From contig NMRA01000164.1 of NCBI GenBank assembly GCA_002633005.1, forward strand, positions 261,452 through 325,451: a stretch of DNA of 64,000 nt, written 5' to 3'. Below are positions 13,902 through 24,304 of the stretch, in pieces. How positions within the stretch are numbered: position 1 is the first letter of the stretch; each line of letters begins with the position of its first letter. The notes under the pieces were generated by a model that did not search any database, had not been told where the DNA came from, and saw only the letters and a program-made list of their open reading frames with translations. A program made the position numbers and the translations under genes. The DNA comes from Phoronis australis (lineage: Eukaryota > Animalia > Phoronida).

Positions 13902-15852
13902 ATTTTTATTAGGTGTTTGAAGGGTATCTGGCATCTTTATTCAAAGGTATATTGAGCTCTACATCACCAGGCCAAAACTGGCCAACTACAAAGACAGTCA
14001 ATTTAAAAAGAATGAAGTGGTTTTATTAAAAGGATACTAAAGCCCGTTTTGGAGAGTTCAACCAATCATTGGTCAGACTTCTGCTAATGCATCAGTGGTG
14101 TCTCACTTGAGTGATAAAAGCTGTATACAACTGAACTCCTAGTCCCTCTGTCTCCTAACGACTTATGTGCAAGTCATTGTTGCAATGAGTTAAATACTAC
14201 TAGACTAGTATAGCAAGATATGTCTGGCTATACCACGTCCAACACCTAAACACATTTTTGTGTAAAACCTTTGTAGCTTGATTTGATGAGAAAACGTTAT
14301 TGAACAAAATGTTGTCTCTCAAGATTGATATTTCTCAGTCAGTTTTCGAAAACTTCTTACATACAGCCATAAAACTGGAGGACCTACAGTTCTATGACAC
14401 AGCCCATTTTTGGCACACCATTTTTGTTTCATAATAAAAGGAAATCATCCGTTCTTCACGACATTTTAATTTCAACATTTTTATGTTCAGTGATAGTGCA
14501 GGAAAAAGAGCAGAGTGCGTATATTGCAGAGACGATTGAACCTCAGGATGTGGGCGACCTACATTAGTCACATTCTGAAACCATTTCCTGCTTTTGCTAA
14601 AAAATTGTCAGTTTCCCATTGGAGACATTTTATGGAGAATGAATTATGAAAAGGTGATTAAAAACAAAAACTTCAGAGTAGTCTTATTCATGTGCATTGA
14701 CTGCATTTTCCAACTCCAGATTTCTCAATGTTGGATGCTGCATTTTGTATCAACAAAGTTGTAGATAAGATTGTCCAAAAATAGCTCCCAAGAAAACATG
14801 TGTATTTCTCAAAATTCTTGAATTTGGGAGGGACAATATTGCTTATTTGTAAAATTTGGCACAAGCTCCAATCTTGAGCAAAATAACATATTTTTCACTG
14901 TCTCAAAATGGAGAATTTCAACTATAGCAGTGGTGACAATTTATGCAGACTTCTGGATATAATTAGTAGGATGGGCACTATACCATGAGGAAAAATGGTG
15001 ACTTGTATATAATTCTAACTTACCGTAACCGCGAATGGGCGTGTTACAAGGACTGAAATTAAGTGGGATTAGTTACTTTACCATTGAACTTGCCCGATCT
15101 CACAACTTGTGACTGTGGCAAAATGGAATGATGACATAAGACACTTTACATGTGAAATGTGATATACCAAGGTAATGGTTATATAATCTAAATAGTGCTC
15201 AATACACCTTTATCTGCTTAGCTTATAATGTTGCTAATGGGAAGACCTCTATTAAGTTAGTGGAATAACTTCCAATATGCTGGAAATATTTATATTAATA
15301 ATTTACTATGTGTTATTAGACATTTAAATTGTTAAGAGTGTATTACTTTGTATCCTTATATATTAATTTGGTATGTGCATTGCAACTTGGTTTATTCTAA
15401 AATAAAGATTTTGTCACTCACAAGGCTGTGTGTCGTTGAGTTAAAACTCTTATTTAAAATGGTAATGAGGAAGTCGCATTACTCAAAACTCTTCGCCATT
15501 GTTGAGTTCTAGTATTTAGTATTCACAGTAAACCCTGTAACAAAAACACTGTTACAAATACATAACCCAAAACAGAAGAAATAAAATTTGAGAGTTTTAA
15601 AAAACATACAGTAGCACCATTAGTCAAACATTGTTTTATCAGGAATACAAAATAAGAGCTTTTGAACTAATTTGACTCTGGCCACCATATGGCAGAAAAA
15701 GGTTGATCTCTTCAACACAGCCAGTAGAAGGAAATCTAGGAACTTAAGGTTACAAAATAGTGACATTGAGCAACCAAAATTTGAAGTCTCATTTGCCAAC
15801 TGCGGTCCCAACTGAAGTCAGCAAACTGAGGTTGCATTTTGCCAGCAGGTAC

Positions 15853-16100
15853 CAGGGCTTGGAATGAACAATGACAAAAAAGAGGAAAATTTTTCTGGTG
15901 GTGTAACGTTCCACAAATAGGTTTGTGTGACAGAAATATTTTTTGTGTTGTAAAATTTAACTGAAATAAACGTTTTTGCATGAATAAAGTCAAAATAATG
16001 ATCAAAATAGATGGAAAAAGCAGAAATTGGAAATCAAATGAGAGGAAATCCAAACCAAAAAAGAGGAAATCCTCTTAAAAGAGAAAAATTCCATGCCGTG
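15853..16100 (-). mobile_element. hAT-like MITE, shorter and diverged copy
   Basis: Starts CAGGGCTTGGAATGAACAATGACAAAAAA, the reverse complement of the right end of the element at 26597-27104. Ends AAAATTCCATGCCGTG, a degenerate opposite TIR. Confidence 0.6.
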
Positions 16101-16190
16101 AAGTACTCACTAAATCAGACCCTATTGATCTGATCAAATTATTGCTCTATAGAGCTTTAAATCAAAAATATGCATGGTGTTAGCTATGCA

Positions 16191-17474
16191 CTATTCCCAC
16201 CAGAAGCTGACTGAGAAGCTTACGGATAACGACCTCAAATAATGCCAGTATTTGGGCGGAATGTACAACAGTTCTCCAGGCTTCAGCACACACTCCACAG
16301 CCCGTGCTTCTTTAAACCGGGGAAACTTGCCCCAATCTGGCCTTTCCACATCCACTTGGCTTGTATTACTCATCATCATCCCTTCATAAGGATATACACA
16401 GTCAGTCTGGTCCATACTGAACATCTTGACATACTTGCTACCCACAACCTGAGCCAGCAGGTTATGTTTGGGATCTTGATGCAGAGGAGACACTGTACCC
16501 CTGGGTCCGAACCAAGCATTCACATCCACGTCCTCACACTCACCAAGACTACAGTAAGCAGGAATGCTGATGTCTTTTTCCAATTCCGGAATCTGATCAA
16601 ACAACTGATGTTGAGCCAAGTAGCCAATTTTTTGATTACCGGATCCGAGTACGTGCTTGTCAATGAATTCATTGATGCTCATCAGTGATTGAGACCATTC
16701 GTCGGCCGTGTATTTTGATCCAATTTCGACTGGTACTGTTCTGTGACCAGCTTTGTTGCGTATATAGTCCAACGTCCATTTCCGAGAGCCAAGAGCTGGC
16801 CAATAGTGTATAGCATTTTCTACAACAACAGGAGTAGCACTAGCCATGTAGTGTTTCTTGAAGTGTTCCAACGACGGACACATGACTCGCTGAATCACTT
16901 CCCTTCCACTTAAATCAATGCAGTCCACTGGATCATTGTTTTCATCACGAACACATTTAATGTACATGTTTTCCTCTTCGTCTCCATCAGCATGCCTGCG
17001 TTTACAAGGTGCAACAGGACAGCTTCCAGTTTCCAACAGATGGAGCTCTTTCACAATTTCCGTCAATGACACACCATCTTGTGTAGGTGCTCCCATGAGC
17101 AAACCCATATCACATGTTTTGATAGCTCCTTTATAACTTCTACCATCAGATATTTTTAATAGAGCACATTCACATAACACTTTAAGTACAGAGGTCTCGT
17201 AATATAAATACCTCCAGTTCATATTCACGTCTTTCCAGTATCCTGTGTTCAATTTTTCCCAAGTGATATCGAGAAGTATTTTACACACAGCGAGGGAGTC
17301 ATCAAAGTCGGCTTCAAAGAATTTGTCACACAGCTGCTTAATTTGTACATTAATCGATGGCTGTATGATAGAGTGGTCAATACTGGCAAATATTGCTTCC
17401 CGTGTTAATGGAACAAAACACCTGATAGAATCTTGAAAGTTTTCAAGCAATTTTGGTGAGACCGCATTCTCCAT
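16191..17474 (-). CDS. KDM8: JmjC-domain 2-oxoglutarate oxygenase JMJD5/KDM8, 427 aa, single coding exon
   Basis: Motifs WEKLNTGYWKDV, CDMGLLMGAP, RTVPVEIGSKYTADEWSQSLM, GYLAQHQLFDQIPEL, NAWFGPRGTVSPLHQDPKHN (HxD), YWHY (distal His), C-terminal SFSVSFWWE. ATG at 17474 follows a splice acceptor (ttctgtttcag, exon starts 17485); the ORF-track start at 17513 is a non-ATG codon in the intron. Confidence 0.95.
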   Translation of the reverse strand: MENAVSPKLLENFQDSIRCFVPLTREAIFASIDHSIIQPSINVQIKQLCDKFFEADFDDSLAVCKILLDITWEKLNTGYWKDVNMNWRYLYYETSVLKVLCECALLKISDGRSYKGAIKTCDMGLLMGAPTQDGVSLTEIVKELHLLETGSCPVAPCKRRHADGDEEENMYIKCVRDENNDPVDCIDLSGREVIQRVMCPSLEHFKKHYMASATPVVVENAIHYWPALGSRKWTLDYIRNKAGHRTVPVEIGSKYTADEWSQSLMSINEFIDKHVLGSGNQKIGYLAQHQLFDQIPELEKDISIPAYCSLGECEDVDVNAWFGPRGTVSPLHQDPKHNLLAQVVGSKYVKMFSMDQTDCVYPYEGMMMSNTSQVDVERPDWGKFPRFKEARAVECVLKPGELLYIPPKYWHYLRSLSVSFSVSFWWE

Positions 17475-17779
17475 TTGCCAGAAATCTGAAACAGAACATT
17501 GAAAAGTAGACACTTGCTAAAACATCGTTCAACTACAAGACTAAAGTAACTGTTCCGACCCCACAAAAGTGAAATTTTAGCTTCACCCGCATAAGTTCTA
17601 CAATACGGTTAATCGAATTTGCTTTACTCTAATGAAATATCTTGGTTGGGTTAAATCTACTTTACACAAGTTTTTACAGTGCTTTGTACTTGTACAAAAA
17701 TAACTAGGCAGAATTATCAATTTTTATTTCAAAGGCCAATTCTTTTACCATGCCAAGAATTGTATGACACTTGGCTTAC

Positions 17780-17877
17780 CTCAAAATCCAACTGCTGCCT
17801 GGTGGTTTGGCAATTGGCCCAATTATGTTGCTTACCCAGCAGAATTAATGATGAACAAATGGCAACGTTGTTTTAGG
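17780..17877 (-). other. KDM8: Candidate non-coding 5'UTR exon of KDM8
   Basis: On the minus strand, acceptor cttttacag precedes 17877 and donor GAG|gtaagc follows 17780. Confidence 0.4.
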
Positions 17878-19108
17878 CTGTAAAAGTCACAGTTCATGTC
17901 CATTTTTCAAAATTCAAAAGCTTAACCACGTGTACTTTTCACAATCTATTCAAAAGTGTTTTTAAAAGCTTTTAAAACCAAAATTTAAAGAATACTATTG
18001 TCACCCCATTGTGTTTAACGATAATATCATGAGCTTGAGGAGGTGTAATTAACTACAACTGTATGGAATTTGTGATCGTTGCGGCAGATTCTGAGGTACG
18101 CAAACCAGTCGAGTTGCTCAATCTTGACCGGTGAGGATCTCACCGTAGAATTCTTTTCACGACTATCTAAATGGCCTTTGCCACTGGCTCTGAAGCTTTG
18201 GTGTTGGCAAAGTTTCAATCAATGGGAGCAATTAACTTTGGTCTTGGATCGTAGTTAAAAATACAATTTAACAACGTGGCATCGATGCTTCGCGGCTACA
18301 ATGGGAAAGCTTAACTTCGATGTCACCGAAGTTACCAACAGGGGTCACTGCATTTGCCAACACCAGACGGCTATTGATTAATATTTAATATTTTTTGTTT
18401 TAAAATTCTCCAGTTTGGGATTACCTCTAAAATTTGTAACACAGAAATTCATGCCAAAATTGAATTTTCTCAGTCCTGAAGATTGGAACAAGGGTAATTT
18501 TGACATTTATCAAATTTCTCGAACATTGGACGCTGTATTTTGTATCTAAAAAGTCAATGATAAAATCGTCAAAAATAATTGCAAATGCAAAATTTCTAAG
18601 TTTCCCAATTTTCTAATTTAGGACAACAAATAAATTGCTTACATTATTTTTGAAAATTGGTACACGCACCGATATTGACCAAAATTATATATTTTTCACT
18701 GTCCCAAATTGAACAATTAACAGTATTCTGCTTCATTAATTCTGATGGGCTCGAAATATAATAAGCCATTTACCATGAATCATAAACCAGCAGTTGGAAT
18801 ATGAGAAAAGCTACTAATTAGTGTCTTCGTAAGATTCTGGCGATGAGGCTGAGGGTGTTGTGAGGTATAAAGCAAATTGTCAGCCTGCGAATTTATCCAG
18901 AAGGGGGTGACGGTCCAATAAAGCTGCTGCTTGCCGCAGCCAATCGTCATTGTTTCTTTGCCAAACAAGGCCCAAACAGTAAGACGCTAACGGGGAACCC
19001 CGGCCAAATCAAGGCTCGCCTCAGAGTGGCCGTATTTTTCAACAAGGCAAGACAAAGACTATTGGCAGTGGCAATAGTGGCATGCAGAACTGGACAATGG
19101 TATTGTGC

Positions 19109-19188
19109 TCCCTGATTTAGAGAACCAGTTTCATCCACTAAGTAACGGGCCCGTTATTCAGTGACTGTCTGGTTCTCTAAATCCGGGA
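19109..19188. mobile_element. Short hairpin MITE (GAGAACCAG family), copy 2
   Basis: Arms TCCCTGATTTAGAGAACCAG / CTGGTTCTCTAAATCCGGGA (1 mismatch). The loop resembles copy 1 (CTAAGTAAYGGGC). Confidence 0.7.
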
Positions 19189-19906
19189 CCGCTATATCCG
19201 ACCAGTCGGACCAGTGCAAGCAAACTTTGCAAAAAACACCAATATAAGGAAATAAACCAAACAAACGGAAAAACATGAAGAATTACGCGTTTTAGGATAA
19301 AGATAATTTACGTAAACCTTCGGAATTCAAACAATTGAGGATTACTATAAGCAGTACACTGAGAGGTGCTGACAAACAACTCCTCGTGTAAACTCAGGTA
19401 AAATAGCAGAACACAGCTTTCATGCAGAACATCGATGAATGAAATAGAGGAAGTAGTAGTGCACCTGCGCGTACCCGAGCTTGCACAACTAAGAGTTATT
19501 AAAAGAAACGTTTTATAATTTTCTATACTAAAACGACCATTTTTATTAAGTTTCTAAAGAAATTTAAATATAAATGATTAAAAATGAAAATAATGTCTAT
19601 AAAAAGTAGTTTTAAGAATAATTATTTGAAAAGAACCATAAGAAAGCTCTCTCCGTTAGCTGATTTTTATACTGATCCTTCATCTGGTTGCATGGGAAGC
19701 TTCCTGAGGTAATCTTGTTGCGAAAGTTGGGAAAAAAAACCTGCGAAAGTACCGTTGTGACTCTCAATCTTTTATATGTGGCAGATTGTATTATATTATG
19801 TTGTTTTTACGGTGCAGTTTGATTAGCCTTCGACGGGTGAGTTTAACACTTGTCAGAAAGTTGGGGATAAAGTCGGAAGCACGGGGAGCTGTGAAACAAC
19901 GACCTG

Positions 19907-20065
19907 CCTCCCGTTCAACACTAGCCCTGCGTTCAGTAGACGCTAGGACCTACGCTAGGACCTAGCTAAAACCTAGTCAAAGTCATTTAAAATACACGGC
20001 AGTATCTCACGTAATCTCGCGAAGTCTTGCTTTTTAGCGAGGTCCTAGCGTTACTGAACGGGAGG
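19907..20065. mobile_element. 159-bp MITE with 3-bp TSD (CTG)
   Basis: Termini CCTCCCGTTCA...TGAACGGGAGG and subterminal ACGCTAGGACCT / AGGTCCTAGCGT. CTG at 19904-06 and 20066-68. Confidence 0.75.
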
Positions 20066-20071
20066 CTGGAC

Positions 20072-22473
20072 TAGGCAATGGCATCGCCCTGAATGCCGCA
20101 GGCATACAGGGGTGATAGTACATCCCCACAAAAAGTTACTCATTTCAAAATACAACACATAAAATCGAATGAAACATGCATATATGCTTATAGACTTAAA
20201 ATTAACACATACCTTGACTCTGGATACAATTTAGTCAACATATGATGAAAATGCGACTGCGGTTCACTCGACTAGTTTCTCTGACCGGGTGCCATTTTGA
20301 GGAAGTTACATGAAATCACGCCTGTTGACAAACAAAAAGTGCAAGCGACACAAATTTCACCTGATATCTTTTCATGCTAATTTGCAAGTGTTCCGCGCCA
20401 CGTCTCGCGCTAGCCTTTGCCTAACTCACGTGACTCAGTTGAAATATTTTGTGGTTATTGCGCACACAATGAAAAAGTTAATGGTGACCAAAAAGGTGTA
20501 GTTGGAATTTTTCCCCAAAGTCACATTAAAGGAGAATGCCATCCGATTTAATTAGTCTTTCTTACCATCTTAATCGCTCTATATCCACACCGCCTCTTAT
20601 ACGGTCGACCTCACCTTGCCGAGAGGTGTCGCGTTAACCTGTGAGGAAGGTGAGAAGCGACGTCAGTGGTTCGTCTGCAGAGTGAATGCTGCTATATTAC
20701 GGTGCATCAGTTCCCGCTTGTCCAAATTATGAAGCTGCGAAGAAAGCAGGTATATCGTTTTTTCGACTTCCTCGAGAGCCCGAAATGCTTAGGAAGTGGC
20801 TCGCGGTAGTGAAGAATGAAAGGTATGCTGTTAATAGCAAGCATGAGGCCGTGAAACATCTCCGTGTCTGTGGCCGGCATTTCATCGACAGTGGTTTTTG
20901 TGTGACGAATTCCGGCTTACAAAGAACTAGATCCATACGTTCCGTTGCCTATGCATGTTCACGGCGCCTCTCTAGTATTTCTTTATCAGTGTATTTCAGT
21001 TCGAACTGATAGCCTGTGAAACCTAAAGATCCAACTCGTAAAGTCTTCGTCGGATGAGCTCTTGACTATGTCGGGATTGGCGCTGGGCGAGTTGCCATGT
21101 AGACGTTTACTATTCTGCGTTGTTTCAAAATGATCTCATTCTAAAATGATCCTAACCAATGCTTATATAAAACTGAAACAAAGTCTGTCTCATTAGGTAC
21201 AATTTGTAATGCCTTGGAGTATTCGTGAGTGCAAATGTTGAGAAGCCAGCAATGAATAAACCACTGCATTACCGGCTTTTGATGCCGGCAACAAAGATAA
21301 CTGACCTGGCACCGAGGCCGTGTGAGCGCATGCTAAATCAGTGTTTGCTGACAGAAATCTGTTGTGAAACAATTACTCGATTTTATATGCTATTGTCACA
21401 TGTTAGGGAATCTTTATTTAGAAATACAAATACATTATTCAAATCATTGTTACTGTACAACCTTTGCCCTGAGGGTCTGTGGAAGGGGAACCCGACTTCG
21501 CGGCCCCCGACAAGTAAGTAGATTTTCAGTTTGGTGGCTAATTCATATAAATAATTACGTGCACATTATTTCTTTGGCTCACTATTATAGTCTTCTCGTG
21601 ACTGGGGGTTTAGTTTCCAACTCAAGCTGGTTTATGTTCGTGTCCGTCCCGGTGGCCGTGACGGGCCTGATCTGGTTCCGAGCCACTGGCTGGGATAACG
21701 AGTCAGTCCGGCCGTGATGGGCCTGATCGGGTTCCGAGCCACTGGCCAGGATAACAAGCGTTTTGTGTGCTTAGAACTCAAAAAATCACAACTATAAACA
21801 ACACAGATCTATAGGTTCTCCTGTCTATTTCACGGAAGAATACATCGAATTTATCTCCAAACAGACCCCAAACTTCTGCTACGTATGGCCTCAGTGCCGA
21901 ACTTTGTAGGCTACGGTGTGTCCAAATACCAGTATTAATCTTTAACAGCAAAATAAAACAACACGTTTTTATAAGAACTCGGTGTATTTTTAAGGGTTTT
22001 ACATTGGAGTTTGATTATTTATTGGTGTTGAACTATGAATTCAAGCGATAAGCTGACACCACTAACCCGTGTTGCGAACTGCTGAACAGACTGCGTGCAC
22101 CATTTACGTCATTGGATAATATCAACACTTCCGTCTGCCGTCAAGTGTCAAGTAAAGTAACTGAACCTGCCGTTATCTAGTAGAACCACTCGATCTAAAT
22201 TGATACAAAATAGGTTGTTTTTTGGGTGGCATTCTCCTTTAATTATTATAGGTATGCTTCATCGAAGATTTGTGTAGAATCATAAAGGATCACTGAAGGA
22301 AGTAAGCACCTTTGTAAGTGATAGTTTTATATATTTGTGATGAGGTGAAAACTTAATCATTGAGCGGATTTTGCCTAGCACCCGTTTATAATGCACGAGA
22401 CGAAATTATTACAGAAAGCGATGGGAAGTATTGTAGCACCTAACCGGCCAATCGAGGGGCTACGTGTTGCCTA
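20072..22473 (+). mobile_element. Non-autonomous DNA transposon with TAGGCAA...TTGCCTA ends and 9-bp TSD (Mutator-like), interrupted by a Kolobok-like element
   Basis: Segments 20072-~20500 and ~22340-22473 align to the inverted copy at 43227-43912; both ORF-track translations share CLTHVTQLKYFVVIA. Right flank GACCTGGAC equals the left flank once the 19907-20065 MITE is removed. Confidence 0.8.
20530..22238 (+). mobile_element. Kolobok-like DNA transposon (TTAA TSD) with decayed THAP domain
   Basis: TTAA-AGGAGAATGCCATCC at the left end and GGGTGGCATTCTCCT-TTAA at the right. Internal ORF 20686-21009 encodes SVPACPN...ISFFRLPREPEMLRKWLAVVK...LRVCGRHF (THAP; first Cys frameshifted). Internal ~56-bp tandem repeat at ~21652-21757. 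Confidence 0.8.
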
Positions 22474-22664
22474 GACCTGGACTAGCCAGGTACTAGGTGT
22501 ATGATGACTATCCTCAAAATACAGCTAGGTACCACTATGTGTTGAGCTCCAATAGACCTTGAAATTTCACACCGCCCAGTACTTTATTCGTAACCTCGTC
22601 GTGAAATTTTTATCAATTAATATGTGCAGCTTGTAACCGTTCTAACATAAATACTGGCGGTTGT

Positions 22665-23401
22665 GCCTGCAAAATCTGTGAGTCAACCGACACTCACCTT
22701 GCCCGTTGTAGCCGTTTAAGTGAAAAACAGGCTAATAAACGTCATTATCTTGCATAATTCTTCACCTTTTGTAACAAAGAAAAGTCTATCACTAGCACAC
22801 ACCATTTCCTAATTTTTTTGCTACATCTCTCAGGAGATGATGGGAGCTTCGCAGCAGCAAACTTTATTCTGAAATTTGATTTGCTGATATTAACATACTA
22901 CAAACTTATAACGAAGTGAAACCATTTGTGATAATTTGTTGCAAGATGTACGCGACCTCGTGGAATAAGAACAGTTGATTGAAGAATCGGCGAAAAAAGA
23001 CGACACATAAGATCACTCCACAAATTCTGTTGNGCCTGCAAAATCTGTGAGTCAACCGACACTCACCTTGCCCGTTGTAGCCGTTTAAGTGAAAAACAGG
23101 CTAATAAAGGTCATTATCTTGCATAATTCTTCACCTTTTGTAACAAAGAAAAGTCTATCACTAGCACATACCATTTCCTAATTTTTTTGCTACATCTCTC
23201 AGGAGATGATGGGAGCTTCGCAGCAGCAAACTTTATTCTGAAATTTGATTTGCTGATATTAACATACTACAAACTTATAACGAAGTGAAACCATTTGTGA
23301 TAATTTGTTGCAAGATGTACGCGACCTCGTGGAATAAGAACAGTTGATTGAAGAATCGGCGAAAAAAGACGACACATAAGATCACTCCACAAATTCTGTT
23401 G
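22665..23401. repeat. 368-bp tandem duplicate joined by a single N (probable assembly or haplotype overlap)
   Basis: 22665-23032 and 23034-23401 are near-identical (2 substitutions seen), with N at 23033. Confidence 0.85.
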
Positions 23402-24304
23402 CAGAATAACAGTAGAACATCAATTTTTCTAACATCAGCAAATAATTTAGTTCACTCAAGGAAAAGTGTAGTTTTTAATGAAGCTAATTTTATGTCAGAT
23501 TTTATTTAGCCACGTTTTTTACCCACATCGGTGCAAAGCTGTATATTTGGTTATATAGCTTTTAACCTTAGCCAAACTATCAAGTCACATTATTATGTGT
23601 ACTAAACTCCATTACAGTCAATGTGCTTAAGGTCAACTAGAAATGTATGAGTGTTATGTGGAGGTCACCCCTCTGTCAGCCATGCCAAGAGATGGCAGCA
23701 CAGATGAGGGACCTCTCTAGTGATCAACCACCATGCCGTGTATTGTTACTGAGTGCTTTATTGTTGGGTCAAAGATGCCCAATTTCAAAGTAAAATGAAA
23801 TAAGAATGAAGAGGTTTTATTATTAAGCCAGAAATATCACACGAGGTTCGTGCTGACTACAGCTTGATTGCCTTTAACTGTGAGCTGCTAGCTCTTCTCA
23901 ACCTCAGGAATCTGATCTAATCTGAACAAGTTGAAACCAGTTTCATAAAGATGCATTATGGGCCTCATGACTAACAAAGGTGGATTTTGGGTTGGTAGTT
24001 GGATGCCATAGACTTCTCAACCACCTCTGGACTTGTTTTATTAAGGTATCATCTCTTATGTAACCAAAAGTTATGAAGCAGTGGGCTTTTGGAAATCTTG
24101 TACAATGGCTGTTGGCAGAGAGCCTGTAAATGAATTCCTAAAATGGGAAATGCATCGAGGAGAATTTGAGGCAATGGAAGCCATTGGACTACAGTCCTGT
24201 TTTTCATACGTGATGATGAAGTTGCATTCTCGTCATTATTTTTTTTGTTTTTCAGAATTCATTGCTCATCATTTAGCATGTAAACAGAATCAATCATACC
24301 CACA

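Noticed and set aside
22665-23401. 368-bp tandem duplication as a biological repeat
   Set aside because: The copies are joined by a single N and differ at about 2 sites, typical of unmerged haplotype contig overlap. A similar single-N join with a short duplication occurs at 40161.
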